DNA of 64,000 nt from an uncultured virus (IMG/VR IMGVR_UViG_3300042477_000445). Its lineage: Duplodnaviria; Heunggongvirae; Uroviricota; Caudoviricetes. The notes under the pieces were generated by a model. That model was not told the origin of the DNA, did not search any database, and worked only from the letters and a program-made list of their open reading frames with translations. Position numbers and translations under genes: made by a program. Positions 21,178 through 32,268 of the stretch are shown piece by piece. The stretch spans positions 1-64,000 of the IMG/VR virus record IMGVR_UViG_3300042477_000445; one strand, given 5' to 3'. Every line of letters starts with the position of its first letter. Position 1 is the first letter of the stretch.

Positions 21178-24100
21178 TGAGTATAAAAGACCTCTGGCAA
21201 AAACAAAAAGAAAACAAACTTTCTGTAAAAACAATTAATTCACAGAATTCTCAAGAATTCTTTAATGAAGTTGAATCACCAGATTATGTAACTCAATATC
21301 AAAAAAGCATTAATTTATATCTCCAAGATGTTAATTTTGCTACAGCATCAAACTTTGCAAGATTTGGATCGGCAAGAAAATATTATGAAAATTTAACTAC
21401 AAGAATAACAGAAACATATACTGGCAAAGATGTTTATTATCCATATGATGGATCAAAAGCAAAACAATTAGAATTTGAAAATAATTTAAATCCATATGAA
21501 AAATATATATTTCTTTACGAGTATCCAAGATCAACTGGATATGTTGAGTTCGGTAGAACGTGGGATGCGGTAGGGTCAGGGGTCAGTGGATTCGGCGCAA
21601 CAAATACACCAGAGTATATTAAATTTTTTAATCAAAATAACGATAATATATACGATCCAGACAATGGACTTAGAGAAAATACTAGATTTATTCCAGAATC
21701 TGGAAGTACAATAGAATTTTGGATGAAAAAAAATGCTTTTCCAAATTCAGCGACACAAACTGCTAAAGAATGTATTTTTTATACAAAAACATATGATTCT
21801 GATAAACTTTTAATAATTTATATAGATCAAGCGGTTAATACAGGTTCTTTTGTTATAAATTATAAATATTCTAATCTTGGAACTTCAGATCTAATTTATG
21901 TATCAAGCAGTCTTTCTACTCTTGCTGATTCTAATTGGCATCATCATGCTTTCGTATTTAGTACCTCTTCTGGAAAAACTAGCATAGATTATTATTTAGA
22001 TGGTGTTTATAGGAATACAAATTCTACTTCAACTACTTCTTTAACTTACAGTTTAACAGGATCATGCCTCAACGCGATCGGTGCGTTAGGCGGTAAGATA
22101 ACTTCTGCTGGATCTGATTTGATTGGGTATGGTAAATTATCTGGATCAATTGATGAATTTAGATTTTGGAATACAAAAAGAAATGCAAAACAAATTGGTT
22201 TAAATTATTTTACTACTATTGGTGGCGGAAATAATGTAATTAATAATTCTAGTATTGGAATATATTACAAATTTAATGAAGGAATATATGGAGATTCTTC
22301 TGTGGATTCCGTGATTTTAGATTATGCAGGTGGAAATTGTAACGGACAATTTGTGGGTTATAATTCTAACTCTAGAAACACAGGTTCTGCCATAACTTCT
22401 ACTCAAGATAACCCAGAACTTGGAACTCCCATATTGAGATATGGTGATCCGTTGGTTCAAACATTTTTAACAGAAAAATTGTATTATGCTGATGAACATG
22501 ATTTTACAAATAATTTTATGTTAAAAAACTCAATCCCATCATGGATCCTAGATCAGGATAATGATAATGGTGGAACATTAGTTAATTTTCTTCAAACAAT
22601 TGCAAGTTATTTAGATACTTTATATCTTCAAATAAAAACACAAAAAGATCTAAAAAATAAAGATTATTTAAATTACGAAGGTAAGGCTCCACCCTTTTCA
22701 GATTTATTGCTAACATCGGCAGGGTTTGATTTACCATCTCTATTTTTAAATACAGATATTGTACAATCTTTACTAAATCAAGATTCTAAAAAAACATACA
22801 ACGAAAGTATAAATGATTTGAAAAATATTATTTATAAAAACATATATAATAATTTGGAATTGTTATATAAATCAAAAGGAACAGAAAATTCTATAAAGCA
22901 ATTGATTAAAAATTTTGGTGTAAATCAAGATATTTTTTCATTAAATATTTATTCTAACAATACTCAATATGAGTTAGAAAATAATTTTGTTAATAAATCA
23001 ATTAAAAAAGATTATATAGATTTTACACCATTTTCTTCTTCGATAAATTCAACCGCAGTCGTCTACCAAATAAATACAGAGTCCGGTACTTCTCCATTTA
23101 TAACTGGTACACTAAATAATCAATTGTCTTTTACTGCAGAGTGTGATGTTGTTATACCAAGTTTCCCTAAAAATTATGATTATTTACAATATAAAACATT
23201 AACTTGGAATACTTCCTCCGTATTTGGCATTAGAACCGCTGGACCAGGAACAGTAGGACTAGGTGGAATAACATATGATACAATTGTACCATCTGGGGAC
23301 CCTGCTGGATTAAAGGTTAGGTTTATCTACAGAGATAACAAAGGATATTTTTCTTTAAATTATCCTTCCGCAAGTGTAACATTAACTTCATCTATTTTTG
23401 AAGATATAACAACAGATCAACATTGGAATTTATCTGTAAGATTAAAACCAGTTTATACTGGAAGTAGTTATGTATTAGAGTTTGCTGGTTATTCTAATTT
23501 TGTTTCAGATAATTTTAGATCCTTTTCTGTTTCCTCTAGTTTACCATCTACGAGTGGTTCTTTGTTACTCTCGACAAGCAAAAGACTTTATGTTGGAGCA
23601 GAAAGAGATGATGTGACAGGATCTTTGGTATATAAATCTTTAATAAAAGGTTTGTCTGCTAAATACTGGGCAGATTATTTAACAGCGGAAGAACTAAAAG
23701 AACACGCAAAGAATCCAAACAATTATGGTCGTTTACAACCATATGAACCATACACATTAGCAACCTCAAGTTATATTCCAAAATCCGAAACACTTTTGTT
23801 ACACTGGGATTTTACAAATGTTACTTCCAGTAATTCAAATGGAAATATAAATTTAATTTATGATTTAACAAGTGGAAATACTTTTGGAAATTCATACGCC
23901 AATACTCCGTTAGAATATTTAGTTGGGAGAAGATATGACGGAAAAGGTTATGGTTTTAACCCCAGTTCAACAATTAAAAATTATGAATTAGTATATTCTT
24001 CCGAGCAACAATCACCAGAAAATGTTTATTCCAATCAATTAGTTAATATTCTAGCAACCGATGATGATTATTATACAACTGCAATAAGACCACAAAAATA

Positions 24101-24776
24101 TTTTTTCTCTTTAGAAAACAGTATGTATGATGTAATATCAAAGAACATGTTAAATATGTTTGCATCAATTGTAGAATTTAATAATTTTATTGGTGAGCCT
24201 GGAAATTTGTATAAAGCACAATATTCAAAACTTAAATTTTTCAGAAAAATATTCTTTGATAAAGCTTCAAACACACCAGATTTAGATAAGTATGTTGGTA
24301 TTTATAAATGGCTTGATGATGCATTAGATAGTATTTTGTTTAATTTAATACCCGCTTCTGCAAACGCTAATGATAAAATTAGAACAATGGTGGAGAATCA
24401 CGTTCTAGAAAGAAGCAAAATTCAATTGCATTTACTGCCAGACGAAGGAACAAATATTGTAGGAGGCAATACTCCAAATCCTGGTAATGCTAATGCGGTA
24501 TTGCCTCCTCCCGGTTCCTCAATTAATATAACTCCGCTTCCTCCAATTTTTTTACCAGAGATTCCAATACCAGGAAAGCAACCTAAAAAGAGAGGATATG
24601 CCCAACCAAAAAATAAAAAGATTGATTATGTAGATGTTAGTGGATTGATACCTGCAGAAGGTTCATTCATAACTCTATATGAAATTCCATCATCTTTTAT
24701 ATCATATTTGTCCTTTAATAAAAGAACGAGAGAGCAGAAAAAAACTATATCAGCTAGAATAGGAAGAGGAAGATGA
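21177..24776 (+). CDS. Virion structural protein with LamG/concanavalin-like domain
   Basis: TIEFWMK, WHHHAFV, YLDG, GSIDEFRFWN; KSKGT motif typical of baseplate wedge proteins. Confidence 0.75.
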   Translation: MSIKDLWQKQKENKLSVKTINSQNSQEFFNEVESPDYVTQYQKSINLYLQDVNFATASNFARFGSARKYYENLTTRITETYTGKDVYYPYDGSKAKQLEFENNLNPYEKYIFLYEYPRSTGYVEFGRTWDAVGSGVSGFGATNTPEYIKFFNQNNDNIYDPDNGLRENTRFIPESGSTIEFWMKKNAFPNSATQTAKECIFYTKTYDSDKLLIIYIDQAVNTGSFVINYKYSNLGTSDLIYVSSSLSTLADSNWHHHAFVFSTSSGKTSIDYYLDGVYRNTNSTSTTSLTYSLTGSCLNAIGALGGKITSAGSDLIGYGKLSGSIDEFRFWNTKRNAKQIGLNYFTTIGGGNNVINNSSIGIYYKFNEGIYGDSSVDSVILDYAGGNCNGQFVGYNSNSRNTGSAITSTQDNPELGTPILRYGDPLVQTFLTEKLYYADEHDFTNNFMLKNSIPSWILDQDNDNGGTLVNFLQTIASYLDTLYLQIKTQKDLKNKDYLNYEGKAPPFSDLLLTSAGFDLPSLFLNTDIVQSLLNQDSKKTYNESINDLKNIIYKNIYNNLELLYKSKGTENSIKQLIKNFGVNQDIFSLNIYSNNTQYELENNFVNKSIKKDYIDFTPFSSSINSTAVVYQINTESGTSPFITGTLNNQLSFTAECDVVIPSFPKNYDYLQYKTLTWNTSSVFGIRTAGPGTVGLGGITYDTIVPSGDPAGLKVRFIYRDNKGYFSLNYPSASVTLTSSIFEDITTDQHWNLSVRLKPVYTGSSYVLEFAGYSNFVSDNFRSFSVSSSLPSTSGSLLLSTSKRLYVGAERDDVTGSLVYKSLIKGLSAKYWADYLTAEELKEHAKNPNNYGRLQPYEPYTLATSSYIPKSETLLLHWDFTNVTSSNSNGNINLIYDLTSGNTFGNSYANTPLEYLVGRRYDGKGYGFNPSSTIKNYELVYSSEQQSPENVYSNQLVNILATDDDYYTTAIRPQKYFFSLENSMYDVISKNMLNMFASIVEFNNFIGEPGNLYKAQYSKLKFFRKIFFDKASNTPDLDKYVGIYKWLDDALDSILFNLIPASANANDKIRTMVENHVLERSKIQLHLLPDEGTNIVGGNTPNPGNANAVLPPPGSSINITPLPPIFLPEIPIPGKQPKKRGYAQPKNKKIDYVDVSGLIPAEGSFITLYEIPSSFISYLSFNKRTREQKKTISARIGRGR

Positions 24777-27700
24777 AAAAGTTTGTTTTTAGAAGCAATA
24801 AATATAACGTCACTCATCAAGACCTTCAAAGAGGAATTGAGGATCGTGGGTATATAGATTCAAATCCTATTACCGATAGTGAGACAAACCCTTTAAGTAA
24901 ATGGAAAAAATATCAAGGCGAGAGAGACGATACAAATTTGTTTGTTTCTTCTAGCAACAATATTTCAAGAATTCAAATCCATCAAGCAATAAATAGATTG
25001 TATGATAGTTTGGAGTTTGGTCAAGTTAATGTAAGTGTAGATGTTGATCCAACATATAAGGTTGGATACAATTATAATAAACAAAAGTTTTTTAATTATG
25101 TTGAAGAGTATTTAGTTCAAAACCCATCAGAAACTTTGGCATTTGTAAAAGATCCTCAGCAATTTTTAGTAACTATTCCAGGATTAAATGTTAAAAATAT
25201 TCTTGTTTATCAAGGTGGAAGTAACAAAACAAATACAACACTTCCTTTTTTAAAAACAAACACTGGAGACATTGTTGGTCATCATAAAGATGGACAATTT
25301 GAGAGAGGTTTACAAGGACCATTTACAGAAGCAAATGTTGGTGGTTACAAACATAGACACCAGAGAGTTGGCAACACAACTGATAGACCAGAAAGATTTA
25401 AAATAACAGATGACGGTACAACAATTACTTTTTCCTCCCCTATTAGCGGAAATACAAACGCTCCATATGCTAGATTTAGTAGAGAAGGATTTACAAAATC
25501 TGTTGTTAATATTGCCAATATAAGAGCAACAGGATCCTTCGCTTTGGGAAATTTTCAAAGAAACTATGAAGTAGTCAGCGGGCTACATAGAAGAGCACAA
25601 AACCTAGCATTAGTTGATCGTCCACAAAACTTTCAACAAAGAGCAATAGAAAATCCTCTTTTAACAGGATCTTCTGATTATGCTATACCAGATAGAACCT
25701 TATTGGATGGAACTTATAATAAAACAGTTTTTGTGAACAAGTTTGGAGCGCCAGGAGATTCAAAATCATCTACTCCAATTCATATGGATTTTGATTCGGA
25801 AGAATATTCAGTATATAACACGGTTAATTATAGAAATATATCTGGAAGATTGTTTTTAAAGAAGAATTTGTCAACTGGTTCATATTTTGGAGGATATATA
25901 TCTGGTTCTTATGGAATTACAACCTCCTATAATAAAACGCAGAGAAACAATAGAAGAATACCAATTTCCGGTACAACACAATTTAAGTTAAGACCAGATA
26001 ATACATTTTTTAGTTACGGAATTCCCGCAAGAGATGGTGGATATTCTTGGATATTAAATTATACAACAGGCGGAAATAATCCAGGACTTTATATAAATGG
26101 AGTTGATAATGATATAAACTTCATTACATCGTCAATTGATGGGAATTATTTTACAAATCTGTCAAGTAGTTATGTAACTTTTACAACATCTTCTGTTTCT
26201 TTAAATACTTCAACTAATAATGTTTTAAGGAAGTTTAATGTTCAATTTAGTGGAATGTGGAAATTTACTCCAAAAAAACAATTATCGCAAAATTATAATC
26301 CAATAATTGTTAGAAACAAAGCAAGAAATTATTTTGTTGATTATGTTCCGGATCCACAAACGAATACAAGACAAGATATTCGTTTTAAAGATTCTTTTAT
26401 AAAAGATAAACATACAAACATTGTTAATGTTTATGTTGATGAAAACGGAAACGAAGAAAGATTGTCTTTACCATTTGGTCAAGAATATGGATCATTAACT
26501 TCAGATTTTTATAGAGTCGAAACAGATCAAAATATTAATATATATAAAGACTACAGAAACATCAGACAATCAGATAAATCAAAATCTTTATTTGCAAAAC
26601 TATTCAAATTTGATAGATATACAAAAAAGAATAATTTAAATATTAAAAAAATTAAATCAATTATTCATGAAGAAAAAATTTATCCAAGAAGTCAAAATGT
26701 TTATAGAGATATTGCCAGAGTCAGAAACAATTATTCTAGTAAATGGGCAGATAATTTAGATAATAGATTGACAGAATTAACAAATAGTCAAGGTCAAGTT
26801 TATGTAAGAACCGCTTTCTTAAACAAAGACAGTGGTGGAACAGAATATAAATTTAGTTATTGGCCAATGGATGCTAATGAGGATCCAACTTTTACTGGAG
26901 CGATCGTAAGAGATAAATCTGGTGAATTAATACAATTAGATAACATTAATTTTTATTTCAGCGCTTATGGTGTTAACCCTGGTTTAATCGTTCCATCTGG
27001 ATCATATTATGGAGCAAGATTCGGTAGAAACTGGAATCGTAATCGACCAGCGAATGTTGTTCATGAACAAGCAGGCAGAGGACCGTTTAAAAATTCATAT
27101 GAGCAGTTTTACTCGGATATTAAATTGATTGGTCAAGACTGTTCGGTGGTTCCAGAATACAGAATCAGTCCAAGACTAGACACATTTTATAGTAGCAACA
27201 TTTCATATTATAGTGATACATTTAATTCTTTAGAATTAACTGGAACAGTTGTTGAAGATGCAAGTTTGGCAATATCAACAAGTTCCGCTTTCTTGGAACA
27301 GAGAGTCAATTCCGACTATATTGATTTAAATGAATATCTCAATAAAGAACTAACAGAATTTAAATTAAACACGATTAAATTAAAAGTTAAAGGGATTAAG
27401 AAATTTTTGCCATATGATGGATTTTATCCACAGCAAAGAATGTTGCAATTGGCAAGTCAATTTTCTTCATCTTATAATGGATTGTTTACGTTGTTTGGCG
27501 TTCAATCAACATTTAGAACCGCTCTAACTCCATTCTACGCTCCAGGAATTGGATTCAATTCCATTAAAGCAGGAATGGGTATGCCATTTAATGTTGCTAC
27601 GGCAAGTATCGGATCAAACCCTTTTTCTGACATAACAAGCAGTATTGATTCTGCAAGTTTATTTTATCATAAATTACCTTGGGATTCTATTTTATATCCT

Positions 27701-29632
27701 TATAAAAGATTGCAAGAAATATCTGGATTAAAGATAGTTGATATTGATCCTGATATGCCAATAAATTCAACGGCAAGTATCAATAGCAATAATTCGTCAA
27801 CTACTCAAATAAAATACAACCTTGCCTATGATTATATGGCAAACAACTACTACTCAGAAGTAATAGATTTTTTTAAAGACTCTGGGAACTTATCGTCATT
27901 AAAATCAAGACCAAGCAATCAATGGTATTTTCCTGATATTTCAAAAAGATATGCAATGGACATTGTTATACTAAAACAAGGTTTGTACACGACATATTCT
28001 TCACATGAGAATTTTGGTCCAAAACCATATGGATTTCACGCTCCACCATGGAACTTTGCAGATCTATCAAATGCAACAACACCTGGATATAACTCAGATG
28101 TTTCTGAGTCGCCAAATAGTTTTAGAATCTCTGGACAAACATACGCTCAGATCATTTTTGATCCGCAATCTCTTGCAGTTGGTGATCTCGATTATTATTT
28201 GAAAGGCAAGTTTAACATTGGAGATGTTTTAAGAAACAGTACTGTGAGTTATACTTCTTTTATGCTCGGGAACAATACATCATCTGCAACAGTTCAAATA
28301 AACGATCTTGTTGATCTGTTTTCTGTATCCGCAGATGGTTTAACTTGGCAACCACAAGTTAAATGGGAGTGCCCAACTGCTGACTTAAATTTCTATGCTC
28401 TTTCGGCAAAACTAACCAACTCTTCTGGAAATGATAGTGGAGGTGGTTCTAATGGTGATGCAATTAGAGGTATTTGGCATCAATATGCTTCATTGTCTAA
28501 CAATAATGATGGTCTTTTCTTGTCTGTAAGAAACTCAAATGTTAATACAGATTTAACGGGTTCGTTATTGGACGTTGTCGGATTTGACAAATCTGCTAGA
28601 ACAAAAATAGGAAAGATTGCCTCCTCCAGGGTAATAAGTGAAACATTACTTGTCATTCCTTATTATCTAAATGATTGTGGCGAAGAAAAATATTTCGACA
28701 TTGATATTGACACGTTTGAAAGATTATATACAACAAATACTGGTATAGTTGGAGAAATGAAGTTAATTTCAAGAAATTATGTTTTGCCTCCACAGATGGA
28801 TTTTATAAGATTAAGAGATCAAACTAGAAGAAGATTAGAAAAACCAGACTATGGTAGTATTAAATCTCCATTTATAATGTTCCCATTTGAGTTTAAGGCA
28901 ACATTAACACAACAAGATCTTGCAGACATTTGGCAAGGAGTTTTGCCAACTTCAGCAGATGTTGCAGAAGTCGATTACCAAGAAAAAGAATTCTTCATAG
29001 GAAATTATCTAAAAGATTTAAATTATAAATTACCAGATAATACAAGATTTAAAGTCTTTAAAGTTAAAAAGAGAGCAGTTGTAAACTATGAAGAAATCAA
29101 TTACAAGTCTCTTGGATACGCTTATTCTGATACAAGTTATGGATATAATTGGCCTTACGACTTCTTCTCTTTACTGGAGATGGCAGAAGTTAGAGCAGAA
29201 ATGACATATGGAACAGAGACCAAAGAAGATACAAGCAAAGTTGATATAAGTGACATTACAACACAACAGGTACAAACTATTTTAGAGAGATCTTCTATTT
29301 TGGGAACAGTATCACCAGAGGTTGCTTCTGTTTTACAAAGAGAGATTGGAACGCTAGGAGTTATTTCAGACTCTGAAGGTGTAGATGCTACCGCAAGATT
29401 AAGAACTGGTTTAACATTGTCTACTGCAGATACAGTATTGGGATCGGCAGATTTATCAACAAACGTTGCTACGACTACAATTGGTAGAACAATAGATATT
29501 ACAGGAACAACTCTCAACACGAATGGCGGTTCAACAAGTACGTTCATGCCGACATCAACAAATTCTGGTGGTTCAACGACAACGTTTATGCCAACTTCTA
29601 CAACAGACACGGGAACAAATACTAGCGGGTGA
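24773..29632 (+). CDS. Large virion structural protein (1619 aa)
   Basis: Long Ser/Thr/Gly/Asn-rich ORF in the tail module; ATGA overlap. Confidence 0.65.
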   Translation: MKKFVFRSNKYNVTHQDLQRGIEDRGYIDSNPITDSETNPLSKWKKYQGERDDTNLFVSSSNNISRIQIHQAINRLYDSLEFGQVNVSVDVDPTYKVGYNYNKQKFFNYVEEYLVQNPSETLAFVKDPQQFLVTIPGLNVKNILVYQGGSNKTNTTLPFLKTNTGDIVGHHKDGQFERGLQGPFTEANVGGYKHRHQRVGNTTDRPERFKITDDGTTITFSSPISGNTNAPYARFSREGFTKSVVNIANIRATGSFALGNFQRNYEVVSGLHRRAQNLALVDRPQNFQQRAIENPLLTGSSDYAIPDRTLLDGTYNKTVFVNKFGAPGDSKSSTPIHMDFDSEEYSVYNTVNYRNISGRLFLKKNLSTGSYFGGYISGSYGITTSYNKTQRNNRRIPISGTTQFKLRPDNTFFSYGIPARDGGYSWILNYTTGGNNPGLYINGVDNDINFITSSIDGNYFTNLSSSYVTFTTSSVSLNTSTNNVLRKFNVQFSGMWKFTPKKQLSQNYNPIIVRNKARNYFVDYVPDPQTNTRQDIRFKDSFIKDKHTNIVNVYVDENGNEERLSLPFGQEYGSLTSDFYRVETDQNINIYKDYRNIRQSDKSKSLFAKLFKFDRYTKKNNLNIKKIKSIIHEEKIYPRSQNVYRDIARVRNNYSSKWADNLDNRLTELTNSQGQVYVRTAFLNKDSGGTEYKFSYWPMDANEDPTFTGAIVRDKSGELIQLDNINFYFSAYGVNPGLIVPSGSYYGARFGRNWNRNRPANVVHEQAGRGPFKNSYEQFYSDIKLIGQDCSVVPEYRISPRLDTFYSSNISYYSDTFNSLELTGTVVEDASLAISTSSAFLEQRVNSDYIDLNEYLNKELTEFKLNTIKLKVKGIKKFLPYDGFYPQQRMLQLASQFSSSYNGLFTLFGVQSTFRTALTPFYAPGIGFNSIKAGMGMPFNVATASIGSNPFSDITSSIDSASLFYHKLPWDSILYPYKRLQEISGLKIVDIDPDMPINSTASINSNNSSTTQIKYNLAYDYMANNYYSEVIDFFKDSGNLSSLKSRPSNQWYFPDISKRYAMDIVILKQGLYTTYSSHENFGPKPYGFHAPPWNFADLSNATTPGYNSDVSESPNSFRISGQTYAQIIFDPQSLAVGDLDYYLKGKFNIGDVLRNSTVSYTSFMLGNNTSSATVQINDLVDLFSVSADGLTWQPQVKWECPTADLNFYALSAKLTNSSGNDSGGGSNGDAIRGIWHQYASLSNNNDGLFLSVRNSNVNTDLTGSLLDVVGFDKSARTKIGKIASSRVISETLLVIPYYLNDCGEEKYFDIDIDTFERLYTTNTGIVGEMKLISRNYVLPPQMDFIRLRDQTRRRLEKPDYGSIKSPFIMFPFEFKATLTQQDLADIWQGVLPTSADVAEVDYQEKEFFIGNYLKDLNYKLPDNTRFKVFKVKKRAVVNYEEINYKSLGYAYSDTSYGYNWPYDFFSLLEMAEVRAEMTYGTETKEDTSKVDISDITTQQVQTILERSSILGTVSPEVASVLQREIGTLGVISDSEGVDATARLRTGLTLSTADTVLGSADLSTNVATTTIGRTIDITGTTLNTNGGSTSTFMPTSTNSGGSTTTFMPTSTTDTGTNTSG
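29525..29602 (+). repeat. Two imperfect 42-nt tandem units encoding GGST(S/T)TFMPTST
   Basis: GGSTSTFMPTSTNS-GGSTTTFMPTST, unit starts 29525 and 29567. Confidence 0.8.
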
Positions 29633-29655
29633 TCTAATTATTTTAGGGAATCATA

Positions 29656-31032
29656 ATGGAATTTTTTAATAAAAAAGAAGAGGTATTAGAAATAGTTTTA
29701 ACCCAAAAAGGGAGAGAACTATATTCACAGGGAAAGTTTAAACCTACTTATTATTCTTTTCACGACACCGACATTACATATGATAATGCATCCGGGGAAG
29801 AGCAGAATGATATTGTTTCAAGAATAAAAGATACCCCAACATTAAAGTCCATAGTTGGATTACAGAATCCTATTACATCGTTTATAGATTATGCTTCTAA
29901 CAAGAATAAACAAAAAGAGTTTGTTTTAAAGAATGAGATAGGATCTAAAACATTAGGCGATCAATATGCTCCATCCTGGAATTTGAAATTTTTAAAAACA
30001 CCACCGTTTCAGTGGTATGGAACAAGCAGAGATCAAATAACAGATAATAAAAAATATCAATTAAATTTTAGCTCAAGTATTGATTTTGATAAAAGTTCAC
30101 AAGAACTAATACCACAATTTAATATTCAAACTCTGTATCAAGTTTATGATGTAGATGATTTAACTCAAAACAAGTTTTCCATTCAATTTCCTAAACAAGA
30201 TTATTCTTTAAGTGGATTTTATTCTTTTGTAGCGAAAGAATTGGGAACAAAAGTCTCTTCAAGCGATAAGCCATTTATACAATTCATACCAAAAAAAGTA
30301 AAAAAGAAATTTGGGTTCTCAGAGATTGAAGTAATAGAATATGATACGATAATAACTCCCACTAATCTTTTTGGATTTCCATCAGAAGAAAAAGAAATTT
30401 TTGGATCAAAAATAAAAACTTATAAAATATTTAATAAATCTTTAAAAATGGATTTATTTTTTTCTATATCACAATTTGAACAAGAACTAAAAAATCTTTA
30501 TGATGCTTCTATATTTGTTTTAACAAAATTGTTTAATGAACTTTTTCCTTTACAATTACAAACTACAGAAGAGTTTGTTAAATTAATGAAAGATGGGTTT
30601 AGTACAGATTATAATTATGATTACGAACAAATTAAACAATTAAGCAAATCACTGATGAATGTTAGTTTTATTATTGATACATTTAAAATGTCAAGCATAG
30701 ACGGGATTAATGTTGAATTTTATAATAGCAAAGATCAAGCAATAAAAATGCAAATTCCTAAATATGATATCCTAAAAAGCATGTGGTTGGTCAGAGATCC
30801 AAAACTTTTAATTGATTTTCAGGAATTAAACGCATATGAAACAAATGAAGAAAGTTTATATGAATTAAAATATTATGAGATTTTAAATAATTCTGGTTTA
30901 TATAAAAAACTAAATACAGATGAGATTAGAGAATATGTTAGTATTTCTTTTGATTCTGTTGCTGATTTAGAAAATAAGCAATTAACTAGAAATATATATG
31001 ATACTAATTCGGCGGACGATACAACATGCTAA
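29656..31032 (+). CDS. Virion structural protein
   Basis: N-terminal VLTQKGRE...FHDTDITYD is paralogous to the N-terminus of 34642-35709. Confidence 0.6.
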   Translation: MEFFNKKEEVLEIVLTQKGRELYSQGKFKPTYYSFHDTDITYDNASGEEQNDIVSRIKDTPTLKSIVGLQNPITSFIDYASNKNKQKEFVLKNEIGSKTLGDQYAPSWNLKFLKTPPFQWYGTSRDQITDNKKYQLNFSSSIDFDKSSQELIPQFNIQTLYQVYDVDDLTQNKFSIQFPKQDYSLSGFYSFVAKELGTKVSSSDKPFIQFIPKKVKKKFGFSEIEVIEYDTIITPTNLFGFPSEEKEIFGSKIKTYKIFNKSLKMDLFFSISQFEQELKNLYDASIFVLTKLFNELFPLQLQTTEEFVKLMKDGFSTDYNYDYEQIKQLSKSLMNVSFIIDTFKMSSIDGINVEFYNSKDQAIKMQIPKYDILKSMWLVRDPKLLIDFQELNAYETNEESLYELKYYEILNNSGLYKKLNTDEIREYVSISFDSVADLENKQLTRNIYDTNSADDTTC

Positions 31033-32261
31033 ACCTTTTTGATCAAAACAAAGTATATTATGATAATTTCAGTTATTATTTTGATAGAGGTCAAAATTTA
31101 AATGTAATATTTTCTTTTAATTTCTATAAATTTATTTTAGATAATGTTCCAAACTCTACTATAGACTTTGCTTTATTAAACAAAGACAGGTATTCTATAA
31201 AAGTTTTTTTGACAAAAGAAAATCAATTTAAAAATTACATAGAACTTTTTGATTCTTATACCAAAGTAAACTTAACAACAACACCATTTTTCGTAGACAC
31301 ATATTTTTGTTCAAAAAGAGTTTCAAATCTAAGTGGAAATTATAGAGTAATGGTTAAAATTAGTTATGGTTCTATAGAATCAGATTATCTTAATTATGAG
31401 ATACCGCTTTCAATACAAAATTCTTCCAAGCTTAATAATCTTAAATATGAAAAAATTATAAATGAACCAAAATATGCATTTTTTGAACAAAAATCTAATA
31501 ATGTAGAAAATCAATATATGTTCATGTCGGAAGATATTAATATAAATTTGAAAGATAAATATATTTACAACTTATACGATATATATTCCAACAATATTAC
31601 ATATAACAATTTATCTAGTTATTTATCATCTTTAGAAGTGAATAGAGGCATAAAATACGATGGTTCTCTTACCACCAACAATTATTATGACCAAGAACAA
31701 AAACCACTTGATTTTAATTTCATAAATAATTCCGGAGATAAAACAAATTATACAAATTTAGTAACAAAAATATTTCAGAATTCTTTACAAGAAAAACAAT
31801 ATAAAGAAATTTGTTATTCAAATAATCTATTTATACAAACTTCTAAGAACGATAGAAACAGAAAAGAATCAATTAAATCATACGAAGTTCTTGCTGGATC
31901 GCTCACGTCTACGGCATGTGAAAATGATTTATTCAACGAATATTCAAAAAAATCTGAAATTTTAAGTTCTGATATTCTTATGTTGTCTTTTTATTATGAC
32001 AACATTTATAACTTGAGTATAAATGATTTTTGGAAAGACGATATAACACTATTACCTGTTTATGTTTTAGATGTTAAAACAAAATATAAAATGTATTATA
32101 TGTCTAGTTTATTACCAGATAGTATGACACAAAATTGGAATTTGTTGGACAGGACAACTTTAGAAAATCTTACTAGTGGAAATTATTTATGCAAGATAGT
32201 TAATGATGAGATATATCTCACAAATTTGTTAATGGAAAATTATTTTATCTTAAATAAGTGA
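31026..32261 (+). CDS. Hypothetical protein
   Basis: Long ORF in the structural module. Confidence 0.6.
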   Translation: MLNLFDQNKVYYDNFSYYFDRGQNLNVIFSFNFYKFILDNVPNSTIDFALLNKDRYSIKVFLTKENQFKNYIELFDSYTKVNLTTTPFFVDTYFCSKRVSNLSGNYRVMVKISYGSIESDYLNYEIPLSIQNSSKLNNLKYEKIINEPKYAFFEQKSNNVENQYMFMSEDININLKDKYIYNLYDIYSNNITYNNLSSYLSSLEVNRGIKYDGSLTTNNYYDQEQKPLDFNFINNSGDKTNYTNLVTKIFQNSLQEKQYKEICYSNNLFIQTSKNDRNRKESIKSYEVLAGSLTSTACENDLFNEYSKKSEILSSDILMLSFYYDNIYNLSINDFWKDDITLLPVYVLDVKTKYKMYYMSSLLPDSMTQNWNLLDRTTLENLTSGNYLCKIVNDEIYLTNLLMENYFILNK

Positions 32262-32268
32262 AAAAAGA